A stretch of 60,844 nucleotides of DNA, filler included. It is 3 parts of 3 records of this genome, joined end to end, with 100 filler letters (N's around TTAATTAATTAA, not from the genome) between each part and the next. Parts side by side here need not be neighbours in the genome. Positions count along the whole stretch, not along the records: positions 21,395 to 46,908 come from SRR22947725_1124; 2 more parts are not named here. One strand, written 5' to 3'. The notes beneath the pieces are model-generated. The model ran no database searches and was not told the origin of the DNA. It worked only from the letters and a program-made list of their open reading frames with translations. Positions 31,062-41,427 of the stretch are shown here, in pieces. Position 1 is the stretch's first letter, and the number at the start of each line of letters is the position of its first letter. Position numbers and translations under genes: made by a program.

Positions 31062-31758
31062 ATGTTCTCTTTCTTTTTGAAAACTCCTCTACAGCTTTAT
31101 TAAGATCTTTTTCGCTAAACTCTGGCCATAACGTTTCAAAAAACATAAGTTCAGTGTAGCTAAGTTGATATAGTAGAAAGTTACTTAATCTTTGTTCACC
31201 TGCTGTTCTTATCAATAAGTCTGGGTCCGGCATCTGCGGAATATATAAATAATCTCGAAATTGTTTATTTACATAGTCTATATCCACATTTTGTTTATTT
31301 TCATTAATGAAATTTGTAATACCATTATGAATTTCATTGTATGACCCATAGTTGAAAGCAAATACTAAGTTTAATTTAGTGTTTGAAGATGTCATTTCTT
31401 CAGTTTCTGACATTAAAAATTTGTTTTCTTCAGGAATTTTTTCATCATTTAAATCTCCTAAAAAATGAAAACGGACACCAAGTTTGTTAAATTCTTCTCT
31501 TCTTCTTTTTAGAAGATCTCTGTTGAAGAACATCAAAAATTCTACCTCGTCTGAGCTTCTCATCCAATTTTCAGTTGAAAAAGCGTAGACCGTTAACCAC
31601 TTTAAATTATTACTCAGTGCCCAGTGAATAGATTTTGAAAGTGACTCTTCACCTGCTGCGTGGCCTGCTGTTCTTTCCAAACCTTTTTTCTCTGCCCACC
31701 GCCCATTACCATCCATAATTATTGCTATGTGGTCAAGATTGTTATCTTTTAAATTCAT
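31048..31758 (-). CDS. uppS: Polyprenyl (undecaprenyl/decaprenyl) diphosphate synthase
   Basis: HIAIIMDGNGRWA, YAFSTENW.RS, DLLIRTAGEQRLSNFLLYQ. Start moved to ATG 31758. Confidence 0.95.
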   Translation of the reverse strand: MNLKDNNLDHIAIIMDGNGRWAEKKGLERTAGHAAGEESLSKSIHWALSNNLKWLTVYAFSTENWMRSSDEVEFLMFFNRDLLKRRREEFNKLGVRFHFLGDLNDEKIPEENKFLMSETEEMTSSNTKLNLVFAFNYGSYNEIHNGITNFINENKQNVDIDYVNKQFRDYLYIPQMPDPDLLIRTAGEQRLSNFLLYQLSYTELMFFETLWPEFSEKDLNKAVEEFSKRKRTYGKA

Positions 31759-32191
31759 TCCAAACCTTGTGTAATATTTTATTTTCTTTTTCGCGCATTT
31801 TGACTTCATCAGAATGCGAATACCCAACTAAATGTAATAGGCCATGAACTAATACTAACTGTAATTCATCTATAAAATCTTTACCATAATGAGCAGCATT
31901 CTTTTTTAATACAGGTCTACAAACAAACATATCTCCGAGTGATTCCTCATAGTCTGAATTTAAATTTGTAATTTCATCATAATTTGAAAATAGTGGAAAA
32001 GACAACACATCAGTTGAGTAATCTTTATTAAAGTGGTCAGCATTTATTTTTGATATTTCACTATCTGTGACTGAATTTAACGAGAAGTAAAAGTTGTCAG
32101 AAATATCAAAAAATGAATTGAATACTCCCACTGCATCTAAAATCTTTGACTTTTCATCCTTATAGAAATATCCATTACAGATGACTAGCAA
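31742..32191 (-). CDS. ybeY: rRNA maturation endoribonuclease YbeY
   Basis: TDVLSFP, LGD, HGLLHLVGYSH. Confidence 0.93.
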   Translation of the reverse strand: MLVICNGYFYKDEKSKILDAVGVFNSFFDISDNFYFSLNSVTDSEISKINADHFNKDYSTDVLSFPLFSNYDEITNLNSDYEESLGDMFVCRPVLKKNAAHYGKDFIDELQLVLVHGLLHLVGYSHSDEVKMREKENKILHKVWNEFKR

Positions 32192-32192
32192 A

Positions 32193-34364
32193 TTATTCTT
32201 CTTCTGATATTTCTGGGTACATCACCCTTTGGTGATATAAGCCCTCTAAACTTTTTTGAAAAGATTGTTTAATCTTGTCAATATCAGAAAAGGTTATTGG
32301 AGCATTTTCTAATTGACCATCGGATATTTTTTCAGTAAAGATTTCCTCAATTACACTACGAATTTTTTCTTCATCCGCATCCTCATTTAAAAATCTTGCT
32401 CTACAAGCACCCTCTAGTGCGTCTGCAAACATAAGAATTACTGTTTCTTTTGAAGTAGGTTTCTGACCAAGGTGTCTAAATTCGCTTTTTTCAACATTAG
32501 GGTTATTCATTTTTTCTTTTTCATAAAAGAATCTCATTATTGAATCTCCATGATGTTCTAAAATTCCTTTATAAACTATTTCAGGAATTTTAAATTTTTT
32601 AGCTAGCTTCACACCATCTGTTACGTGTGATCTAATGATTTGAGACGATTCATAAGTTGATAAATTGTCGTGGGGATTAGATGATCCAAATTGATTTTCA
32701 ATAAACATGGTTGGATTCTCTGTCTTGCCTAAATCATGAAAGTATGCCATCGCTCTAGCTAATTGTGAATTTGCATTAATTACATTTGAAGCTCTATCAG
32801 CTAAAGTTCCCACCACAAGTGAGTGATTAAACGTGCCTAAAGCTTTTTCTTCTAGATATCTTAACCCCGGATGGTTTCTGTCTGCAAGTTCTGAAAGTCT
32901 AAAATTTGTAGTTATTTTAAATATAGCTTCAATATAGGTAATAAGTGAAAACGCAGCTAAATTGGCGACTAGCCCTCCTATTAAGCCAGTAATTAAAACT
33001 TCAAATAAGCTGAAGTCCTCTCTGAGGAAAAAGTAGATACCAAATGCAATTAATGGCTGGGTTAGCGAAATATATATAATTCGTTCTCTTAAAAGTCGTC
33101 TATCAATTTTTTCAGAAATGAATACAGATGGAAGGATAGAAAGAATACCACCTAGAGCAAAAAGGCCAACATTCCCACCCCCAGCAAGTGCTAGTAGAGC
33201 ACTGGAAAGTGATAGTACAAGACTTGCTCTTAAATTTAGTAATGTAGCAGAAACTACTCCGACAAAAGAGATCGGTACACCATATTTTAGGTAATCAAGC
33301 TCAAGTGTTTGAGAGAAATATGACGTCCCTCTTAAAAATACTGAAGCTATCAGGATAAGAGTTAGTAACAATAAAAATTCTTTATCGTTATTCCAAACTG
33401 AATCATTGAACCTCCAAAATAAGAAATAGATTAACAAAAATATTGAAAAGATAACTGGTATAGCTGCAGTTTGTATTGTCCTTGACTCGCCAGACAAGTA
33501 GCCAAAATTGTCAAGGGCTTGATATTGGATTTGATTAACAATAGTTCCCTCTTGAATAATTAGATCATTTTCAAAAAATTTAACTATTACAGGTTCTACA
33601 GAATCTGCAATTTTCTGTTTTTGCTCACTCCATAAATCTTCTTCTAGTTTTTGATTTGACACAAGATTTTCAGCAATAATTTCTGAAACAGCAGACCTTA
33701 ATCTATTTTCTGGAATCAATAGAAACAAATCACTTGTTAAGTCTAAATAGGGTGGATTTGAGACAATACTTTGTCGTAACCCATTTAAATTTTCATTACT
33801 AATGCCTTTATTTAATATCTCGTTAGCTTGACTTTTCGCTTCTAATTCGAGCTGTGCAAGATAATTTGTTTTATTTTGGAAATCGTAATTAGAAATTTCT
33901 ACCAAGACTTCTATAGTTGAAGTTGAAATAGTTGAGAAAAGAAGTAATTCAGTTATATTCTCTATCTGCTGTATTTTTGATAAGTTGATAATTTGCACTT
34001 CAGGCTCTGTATCCTCTTCAACTATATCTGTTTCATTTACAATTAATATTTCAGTAGTCCTGGCTTCAATTACACCAAGAAACATATCCTTAATACCTTT
34101 TATAACTGAATCATTAATTGACGAATCTATTGAATAAATTGGATTTACTGATTCAATAGCGCTTTCTTTATTTGCCTCTGTTTGCTCCTCATCAATTATT
34201 TCTATATAATTTGGAGCTTTAAATGAAATTGGGGCAATATCTCCAACACTAATTTTTATAATTTGATTTTCTGGAAAAATTGTAAAAGAAATAAACCAAA
34301 CTAAGCCTCCAAAAATTACTATGTAAAGAAGCTTCCTTGCATGAAGTAAATAATTTGAAATCAT
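32193..34364 (-). CDS. 7TM-HD family phosphohydrolase (PgpH-like)
   Basis: TM + extracellular domain + multiple TMs + HD domain (GTFNHS, FHDLGK, HHG, FADALE). Lies between phoH and ybeY. Confidence 0.9.
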   Translation of the reverse strand: MISNYLLHARKLLYIVIFGGLVWFISFTIFPENQIIKISVGDIAPISFKAPNYIEIIDEEQTEANKESAIESVNPIYSIDSSINDSVIKGIKDMFLGVIEARTTEILIVNETDIVEEDTEPEVQIINLSKIQQIENITELLLFSTISTSTIEVLVEISNYDFQNKTNYLAQLELEAKSQANEILNKGISNENLNGLRQSIVSNPPYLDLTSDLFLLIPENRLRSAVSEIIAENLVSNQKLEEDLWSEQKQKIADSVEPVIVKFFENDLIIQEGTIVNQIQYQALDNFGYLSGESRTIQTAAIPVIFSIFLLIYFLFWRFNDSVWNNDKEFLLLLTLILIASVFLRGTSYFSQTLELDYLKYGVPISFVGVVSATLLNLRASLVLSLSSALLALAGGGNVGLFALGGILSILPSVFISEKIDRRLLRERIIYISLTQPLIAFGIYFFLREDFSLFEVLITGLIGGLVANLAAFSLITYIEAIFKITTNFRLSELADRNHPGLRYLEEKALGTFNHSLVVGTLADRASNVINANSQLARAMAYFHDLGKTENPTMFIENQFGSSNPHDNLSTYESSQIIRSHVTDGVKLAKKFKIPEIVYKGILEHHGDSIMRFFYEKEKMNNPNVEKSEFRHLGQKPTSKETVILMFADALEGACRARFLNEDADEEKIRSVIEEIFTEKISDGQLENAPITFSDIDKIKQSFQKSLEGLYHQRVMYPEISEEE

Positions 34365-35293
34365 TTATCCGGAAATATTTCTAGAATTTTAGAAACTATA
34401 GGGTTTCTAACAATATCTGTATTTTGAAACTCCATAACTGAAATTTCATCTATCTTAGAAAGTATTTTTCTTGTTTTCATAAGACCAGATTTATCATTGT
34501 TGTATAAATCAATCTGAGATTCATCTCCGGTAATAATTATTTTAGAATTTTCACCTAATCTAGTTAAAAACATTTTAATTTGACTGATTGTAGCATTTTG
34601 AGCTTCGTCTAAAATTATACACGCATTATTTAGAGTTCTACCTCTCATATAAGCTAATGGAACTATTTCAATATTTCGCTTTTCTATAAGATAAGCCAAA
34701 TTTTCATTACCAAAGAAATATTCTAAAGAGTCAAATAGTGGGACTAAGTAAGGATCTATTTTTTGCGATAAATCTCCAGGAAGGTAACCAAGCCTCTCTC
34801 CTGCTTCTACTGCAGGTCGAGTTAATACTATTTTTTTAATTTTTTGATCTGAATACATTTTAACTGCACTAGCAACTGCTAGAAAAGTTTTTCCAGTTCC
34901 AGCAGGGCCAATACCAAAAGTTATTGTTGAATTTTGAATTAAATCCATATATTTAAACTGATTAATATTTTTAACTTTTATTGTCTTATTTTCAATTATT
35001 GAAATAGAGCTTATTTTTTTTCCTTCATGGTTTTGGTTTTCTTTCATATTTGAAAGTAGAGCAATGTCAGTTTCTTCAATGTTTTCATTATTATTATGCA
35101 TTAAAAGCATCTCATCAAATATACGAATAATCTCATTAGCTTCAGTAGTATTGCCATCAATGTAAATTGTATTTCCTCTTACATTAATTTTGACATTAGG
35201 AAATACTGATTTTATATACTTCAGATTTTTGTCATTAATACCTAAGATATTAACTACTTCAACATTTGATGGAATTTGTTTTTCAAAACTCAT
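34361..35293 (-). CDS. phoH: PhoH family ATPase
   Basis: GPAGTGKT, RPAVEAGERLGYLPG, PLAYMRGRT, LDEAQN, DIVRNP. Confidence 0.95.
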   Translation of the reverse strand: MSFEKQIPSNVEVVNILGINDKNLKYIKSVFPNVKINVRGNTIYIDGNTTEANEIIRIFDEMLLMHNNNENIEETDIALLSNMKENQNHEGKKISSISIIENKTIKVKNINQFKYMDLIQNSTITFGIGPAGTGKTFLAVASAVKMYSDQKIKKIVLTRPAVEAGERLGYLPGDLSQKIDPYLVPLFDSLEYFFGNENLAYLIEKRNIEIVPLAYMRGRTLNNACIILDEAQNATISQIKMFLTRLGENSKIIITGDESQIDLYNNDKSGLMKTRKILSKIDEISVMEFQNTDIVRNPIVSKILEIFPDK

Positions 35294-35634
35294 TAAATAC
35301 CCTTAAGCATTGTACCGCCAATTAAATGAAGATGGATATGGAATACGGTTTGCATTGCATCCTTATTTGTGTTCCATAACAATCTATACCCTGATTCATC
35401 AATGTTCCTACTTTTGGCAAGATTTTTTGCAACTATTACCATTTTCCCAACTAAAAGCTCATCCTCTTCAGTTAAATCATTCATTGTTGCAACCTTCTTT
35501 TTTGGAATAATTAATATGTGCACTGGTGCCACAGGGTTGATATCATTAATTGCAAAAATTTCTTCATCCTCATAGATGATCTCAGATTCAATCTCCTTGT
35601 TGAGTATCATCTCAAAAACTGACTTTTCTACCAT
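35293..35634 (-). CDS. Histidine triad (HinT-like) nucleotide-binding protein
   Basis: DINPVAPVHILIIPK, QTVFHIHLHLIGG. Confidence 0.93.
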   Translation of the reverse strand: MVEKSVFEMILNKEIESEIIYEDEEIFAINDINPVAPVHILIIPKKKVATMNDLTEEDELLVGKMVIVAKNLAKSRNIDESGYRLLWNTNKDAMQTVFHIHLHLIGGTMLKGI

Positions 35635-35642
35635 ATTTAATA

Positions 35643-36275
35643 TTACATCATTAAGGATACAGCAACTAAGGCTGCTGTATCAGATCTGAGGGTAAAATTG
35701 CTTAATTTGGAGATATGTCTGAAACTATCTAATTCTTTCTGACTCCAGCCACCTTCAGGGCCAATAGCAAAATTCTTGTAACCACTATTAGTTGTTACAT
35801 TTGCTCCAGTAATATCGAAAGAATGGTTGAATTTATTGAAATCCAGCTTGTTTTCAATTATTACTTCTGGGGCAAAGGCAATTCCAGACTGTTCAATTGC
35901 ACCCACTATCCATTTATTTATTTTGTTAATGTTTATATTCATTTTTTGAGAATTCTCTGTTGGGCCAATGGTGATACTATTTACACCCAGCTCTGTTAAT
36001 TTTTCAATTACTAATCTCATTCTTGTTTTATCTTGTAATTTTGAAATAAAGATATTTATTTCACTATCTCTTTCCATCAAATTTGTTTCTGAGACATTAA
36101 TATATTCATTAAATTTTACTCCAGTAGATACAAGTCCTCTTCCATTTGTAACTTTAATTAATGAATCTTGTTTGATTCTAAGGACATTTTCTAAATGATG
36201 AAGCTTGTCCTCTGGTATTGAATATTTATCAACTTCTACTTCGTAATTCCTGTCGAAAATAGTTGGAGTGTGCAT
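35643..36275 (-). CDS. rsmE: 16S rRNA m3U1498 methyltransferase
   Basis: HHLENVLR, EKLTELGV, A.EQS, IGPEGGWS, LRSDTA. GTG start. Confidence 0.9.
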   Translation of the reverse strand: MHTPTIFDRNYEVEVDKYSIPEDKLHHLENVLRIKQDSLIKVTNGRGLVSTGVKFNEYINVSETNLMERDSEINIFISKLQDKTRMRLVIEKLTELGVNSITIGPTENSQKMNININKINKWIVGAIEQSGIAFAPEVIIENKLDFNKFNHSFDITGANVTTNSGYKNFAIGPEGGWSQKELDSFRHISKLSNFTLRSDTAALVAVSLMM

Positions 36276-38053
36276 TATTGTTTAAGAAATTCTTTAAAGG
36301 CATCTTTTGGCACAGCAACCTTACCAATGTTACGCATTTTCTTCTTACCCTCTTTTTGCTTTTCTAAAAGTTTTCTTTTTCTTGTAATGTCTCCTCCATA
36401 TAATTTTGCTGTTACATCTTTTCTGAGCGCTTTAATTGTCTCTCTAGCAATAATTCTTGAACCAACTGCAGCTTGTATCGGGATGTCAAACTGCTGTCTT
36501 GGTATCAACTCAGCTAATTTTTTTACTCTGCTCCTACCAATAAACTCAGCATTTTCTCTTGCGAGAATCGAGCTAAAAGAATCAATTGGAGTACCGTTAA
36601 CAAGAATATCAAGTTTCACTAAATCTCCAATTTCGAACTCTAAAATTTGATAGTCAAGTGAAGCAAAGCCTTGTGAAATAGACTTTAATGAATCATAGAA
36701 TCCAGTAACTAGCTCAAGAAGAGGCATTCTGTATTTAAGTTTGACCATAGAGGTACTCAAATAATTCAGATCTATCTGCACACCCCTTTTTTCATTTAGT
36801 AAATTCATTATTGAGCCAAGATATTCCTTTGGAAAAAGTAAGTCCAACTCACAAATCCTTTCATGAATAGACTTTATATCTGTATATTCTTCAATTTTTG
36901 ATGGATTTCTAATTATTATTTCTTCATCATTATTTCTAACTATTTTAAATTCAACAGATGGTGGTGTAACTATTAAAGAAAGATTAAACTCTCTCTCTAA
37001 TCTTTCTATTACAATTTCCAGATGGAGGAGTCCTAAGAATCCGCATCTAAATCCAAATCCAAAGGCAGAAGATGTTTCTGGTTCATAAAAAAAACTTGCA
37101 TCGTTAAGGACATACTTATCTAGTGAGTCCCTTAATTTTGCATAATCATCAGAGTCCGCAGGATAGATACTTGAAAAAACGGTGGGTTGAGGTTCTTTAT
37201 ATCCTGAAACTACGATTGGTTTTTCATCTTCTTGGTTAACTAAAGTATCCCCTACTCTAATTTGAGATAGTTCTTTCGCTCCTGTAACGATATAGCCTAC
37301 CTCTCCAGAAGAAAGTGTATCTGAAGGAGAAAGTTTTAAATCGAAATACCCGATTTCTGAAGCTTCAAAATCAAACTTTGAGTTTATTAACTTAAGTTTT
37401 GAGTTTGTTTCTATTGTACCTCCGAAAACTCTTACCGATGCTATTACTCCTCTATAGGGATCAAAATAAGAATCAAATATCAAAGCATTAGTATTGTCTG
37501 CTTTATTTACGGGGGAACTTATTAAATCTGGTATTTTTTTTAATAAATTATCTACACCTAAACCACTTTTTGCAGAAATTTTAAAAATTTCATCTTCTCT
37601 TGCTCCAATTAAATTAAATATTTGTTTAGAAACATTGTTGATGTCTACATCAATTGAGTCCACCTTGTTGATGACTGGTATGATGTCGAGTCCAGCTTCT
37701 ATTGCTGCGTAAGAGTGAGCAAATGTTTGGGCCTGAACACCCTGTGTGCCATCTACTAGTAGTAGAGCTCCATCACAGGCTATTAGTGCTCTAGATACTT
37801 CATATGAAAAATCAACATGGCCAGGTGTGTCGATAAGATTAATTTGCAAATCTCCAAAATCTAAACGAATTGGTTGGGATTTAATAGTAATCCCGCGTTC
37901 TCTTTCGAGGTCCATAGTGTCTAATATTTGGTCAACATGATCTCCAGGTTTTATTAATCCAGAAGTTTCAATTAACCTGTCAGCCAAAGTGGATTTACCA
38001 TGATCAACATGGGCTATGATCGAAATATTTCTTATATTTTTATTAGTTAACAT
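36275..38053 (-). CDS. lepA: Translation elongation factor 4
   Basis: AHVDHGKSTLADR, ERERGITIK, GFRCGFLGLLH, RKDVTAKLYGGDITRKRKLLEKQKEGKK. Confidence 0.98.
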   Translation of the reverse strand: MLTNKNIRNISIIAHVDHGKSTLADRLIETSGLIKPGDHVDQILDTMDLERERGITIKSQPIRLDFGDLQINLIDTPGHVDFSYEVSRALIACDGALLLVDGTQGVQAQTFAHSYAAIEAGLDIIPVINKVDSIDVDINNVSKQIFNLIGAREDEIFKISAKSGLGVDNLLKKIPDLISSPVNKADNTNALIFDSYFDPYRGVIASVRVFGGTIETNSKLKLINSKFDFEASEIGYFDLKLSPSDTLSSGEVGYIVTGAKELSQIRVGDTLVNQEDEKPIVVSGYKEPQPTVFSSIYPADSDDYAKLRDSLDKYVLNDASFFYEPETSSAFGFGFRCGFLGLLHLEIVIERLEREFNLSLIVTPPSVEFKIVRNNDEEIIIRNPSKIEEYTDIKSIHERICELDLLFPKEYLGSIMNLLNEKRGVQIDLNYLSTSMVKLKYRMPLLELVTGFYDSLKSISQGFASLDYQILEFEIGDLVKLDILVNGTPIDSFSSILARENAEFIGRSRVKKLAELIPRQQFDIPIQAAVGSRIIARETIKALRKDVTAKLYGGDITRKRKLLEKQKEGKKKMRNIGKVAVPKDAFKEFLKQ

Positions 38054-38092
38054 CTTTATTAAGTTATTATCTTATATACCAAGAGGTTTTAG

Positions 38093-38329
38093 ATGGCAAA
38101 TATTAAATCACAAAAGAAAAGAATAAGACAAGATGCTAAGAGAAACTTGCGCAACAAATCAATCAAAACAGAATTGAAATCTTCTTTAAAATCTTTGTAT
38201 AGTGAAAATGGTGAGTTAATAGCTGAAAACAAAGTCTCAGTATTAAAAAAGCTAGACAAAGCCTTCACTGATGGAATTATTTCAAAAAATTATCGTGATA
38301 GAAACAAATCGCGAATTTCAAAACTCTAA
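38093..38329 (+). CDS. rpsT: 30S ribosomal protein S20
   Basis: MANIKSQKKRIRQ...RN..IK...K, GIISKN..R.KSR. Confidence 0.95.
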   Translation: MANIKSQKKRIRQDAKRNLRNKSIKTELKSSLKSLYSENGELIAENKVSVLKKLDKAFTDGIISKNYRDRNKSRISKL

Positions 38330-38998
38330 TAGTTTTTTAATACCAACTACAAATCTTTTTGCATTTTCCTGATTGAATCCTGTTTGATTCATCAGTTTTT
38401 CAATTTTATGAATCTGTTCGAAAGACTTTTCAAGATTTTCTTTACTGATATTTTGTAATCTTCTATTTGCAAGTTCGTATTTATAATCCGTTTTTTCATT
38501 GAAGAGTTTCGATGTATTAGCCAAATCATTATCAATTAATAGATTCACTCTAGATAATTCTTTATTCAAATAAGCAATAAACTGTCGAAAAAGATTTTCG
38601 TTTTCGCAAAATTCAGACATAATATGAAAAGTTAAAAAATCTTTTTTATTAAAAATTATATTAGACAAATCCCAAGGTAGATAATCAACACTGTTGTGGT
38701 TAGATCCATGAATCACTTCAATATCAGAAGAAACTTCAGAAAATTTGCTCAAATTGTTTTTTTTAATCTGAAATATGAAATCTGATGAGAAATTGTAATC
38801 ATTTGAAACCAATTCACTATAAGTTACATATTTATCATAGATAAATTTTGCCTGGTTCTCTGTAAATAAAGATAATGTTGTATTTGAAGTGAAATCTTCA
38901 TACTTAATAAAATCTACACTATCCGGAAGATTTGAAAAATCTGTAAATTCTCTTTTTGTAGTGATAAGTTTTTCAGTAATTAATAATTTTGTCATCAA
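38318..38998 (-). CDS. Putative, highly diverged DNA polymerase III delta subunit
   Basis: Positional only (leuS-X-><-rpsT is the usual holA slot). Weak helical C-terminal resemblance (PWDL.N.I). Confidence 0.45.
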   Translation of the reverse strand: MMTKLLITEKLITTKREFTDFSNLPDSVDFIKYEDFTSNTTLSLFTENQAKFIYDKYVTYSELVSNDYNFSSDFIFQIKKNNLSKFSEVSSDIEVIHGSNHNSVDYLPWDLSNIIFNKKDFLTFHIMSEFCENENLFRQFIAYLNKELSRVNLLIDNDLANTSKLFNEKTDYKYELANRRLQNISKENLEKSFEQIHKIEKLMNQTGFNQENAKRFVVGIKKLLEF

Positions 38999-41427
38999 CC
39001 GACAAAGTTTATTATTTTATCTTTTACGAATATTATTTTTTTATATTCGGATGCTGATAGTTGAAATTTTTCAAAACATATTTTTTCAATCTCACTTTGT
39101 TCCAATCCTGATACGACTTCAGTTGCATGCTTTTTTTTGCCATTAATTTGTATGACTAATTCATATGTAGGATTTTCTATTTTACTAGAATCTACTTCCG
39201 GCCAAGTCAATTCAGTAATATCAGATTTAAAGTTTTTAAAAAATAACTCTGATGATATATGTGGCGCAAATGGATTAACCAGTATACAGGTTGTTTGGAT
39301 CGTCTTTTTTTTAATTTCATCTGTAATTTCTTTATTGTTTTTTACAAATGTTGATAACTCATTATTCAACTTCATCAAGTCAGAAACTGCAGTATTAAAT
39401 TCAAATTTTTCAAGATGGTTGGTTATTGATTCTATAGTTTGATTCAAATAAATCTCTAGTTTTTCTTCATCTGAATTTTTAATTTCTCTGGTGGCCAAAT
39501 CTGAAAAAGTATTCATATTATCCCATAATTTATATAAAAATCTTCTTGTTCCTTCAATCCCTCCATCATTCCATTCAACTCCATCACTAGGCGGTGCCAT
39601 AAATAATATATATAATCTTAAAGAATCTGCACCATGTGTTTTGAAGTAGCCCTCAGGATCTACAATATTACCTTTTGATTTAGACATTTTTGATCCCTCA
39701 AAATTTATCATTCCTTGTGAAAAAAGATTCTGAAATGGTTCGTTAATATCGACCATATTTAAGTCTCTTAATGCCTTAATGAAAAATCTGGAGTAAAGAA
39801 GATGTAAGATTGCGTGTTCAACGCCACCAATATATTGATCTACAGGAAGCCAATTATTAACATTTTCAATATCAAATGGTATTTCTGAATTAGAGGCATC
39901 CAGATATCTCATAAAATACCACGATGAATCCACAAAAGTGTCCATCGTATCAGTTTCTCTTTTTGCAGGGTTTCCACACATTGGACAATCCGTATTTACA
40001 AAACTTTCACTTTTAGATAATGGCGATCCATCAGTATTTAGATAGTCTTCGATTTCTGGAAGCTTTACCGGAAGATTTTCTAGTTTTTCAGGAACTAGTC
40101 CACAATCTGTACAATTCACTAGAGGTATAGGGCAACCCCAATATCTTTGCCTGCTAATTAACCAATCTCTTAATCTGTAGGTTGTTTTACCCTCACCACT
40201 TTTCATATCCACTAATTTTTCAATTATTTTTGAAGAAGCTTCATCATGAGAATTTAGGCCGTTAAATTCTCCTGAATTTACAAGCTTACCTCTGTCAATA
40301 AACGCTTCTTTATCAATACCTGAATCTAAAGTGTCTTCAGAAATTACTTGTCTAATTTCGATATTGTATTTCTTTGCAAAATCATAATCTCTCTGGTCAT
40401 GAGCGGGAACAGCCATTATGGCACCTGTGCCATAATTGACTAATACATAATCTGCAATCCAAAGAGGAATTTTCTCATTAGTTAGTGGATTAATTACAAG
40501 TAATCCGGAATCAACACCTGTTTTTTCTTTTGTTATTGACATTCTTTCAAACTCAGACTTTGTTGCAGCAGCTGTAATATATTTTTTTATCTCTTCTTTG
40601 TTTTTCGAAATCTCTAAAATCTCTTCCATTAAAGAATGCTCAGGAGAAATAACTGCAAAAGTCATTCCAAATAATGTATCAGGTCGTGTTGTAAAAACTT
40701 CAAAACTTATATCGCTATTACTTATATTCAGTTTAAATTGTGCACCTACAGATTTACCAATCCAGTTCTGTTGCATTGCTTTGACATTTTCAGGCCATTC
40801 ACCAATCTCATCAAGTCCTACTAAAAGCTCTTCGGAGTATTTTGAAATTTTTAAAAACCATTGATTTAGATTTTTCTGAGTTACAACTGAATCACATCTA
40901 TCGCAATTTCCTTCAATTACCTGCTCGTTGGCAAGCACAGTTTTACAAGATGTGCACCAATTAACAGGTGCATCTTTTTTATAAGCAAGGTTGTTATTGA
41001 AAAATTGTATAAATAAGTACTGAGTCCATTTATAGTATTCCTCTGTATGCGCAGCGACTTCACGGTCCCAATCATACAAAGAACCTAATCTAATAATTTG
41101 GTTTTTCATATTTTTCATTCTGTTCTCAGTAAATTCTTTAGGGTGGATACCAGTTTTTATTGCAGCATTTTCAGCAGGTAGTCCAAATGAATCCCATCCC
41201 ATGGGAGATAATACATTATGACCAGTTAGTTTTTTGTATCTTGTGATCACATCACCGATTGTGTAGTTTCGTATATGACCCATGTGTAGGTCACCAGATG
41301 GGTAAGGATACATACATAAATTATAAAATTTGGGCTTTGAAGAATTTAAATCGCACTTTCCAAGATTTGATTCATCCCAATTTTTCTGCCATTTTTTTTC
41401 AATTTCTAAAAATTTGTAATCACTCAT
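38995..41427 (-). CDS. leuS: Leucine--tRNA ligase
   Basis: MYPYPSGDLHMGH, FTTRPDT, GTGAIMAVPAHDQRD, DWLISRQRYWG, KMSKS. Confidence 0.98.
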   Translation of the reverse strand: MSDYKFLEIEKKWQKNWDESNLGKCDLNSSKPKFYNLCMYPYPSGDLHMGHIRNYTIGDVITRYKKLTGHNVLSPMGWDSFGLPAENAAIKTGIHPKEFTENRMKNMKNQIIRLGSLYDWDREVAAHTEEYYKWTQYLFIQFFNNNLAYKKDAPVNWCTSCKTVLANEQVIEGNCDRCDSVVTQKNLNQWFLKISKYSEELLVGLDEIGEWPENVKAMQQNWIGKSVGAQFKLNISNSDISFEVFTTRPDTLFGMTFAVISPEHSLMEEILEISKNKEEIKKYITAAATKSEFERMSITKEKTGVDSGLLVINPLTNEKIPLWIADYVLVNYGTGAIMAVPAHDQRDYDFAKKYNIEIRQVISEDTLDSGIDKEAFIDRGKLVNSGEFNGLNSHDEASSKIIEKLVDMKSGEGKTTYRLRDWLISRQRYWGCPIPLVNCTDCGLVPEKLENLPVKLPEIEDYLNTDGSPLSKSESFVNTDCPMCGNPAKRETDTMDTFVDSSWYFMRYLDASNSEIPFDIENVNNWLPVDQYIGGVEHAILHLLYSRFFIKALRDLNMVDINEPFQNLFSQGMINFEGSKMSKSKGNIVDPEGYFKTHGADSLRLYILFMAPPSDGVEWNDGGIEGTRRFLYKLWDNMNTFSDLATREIKNSDEEKLEIYLNQTIESITNHLEKFEFNTAVSDLMKLNNELSTFVKNNKEITDEIKKKTIQTTCILVNPFAPHISSELFFKNFKSDITELTWPEVDSSKIENPTYELVIQINGKKKHATEVVSGLEQSEIEKICFEKFQLSASEYKKIIFVKDKIINFVG

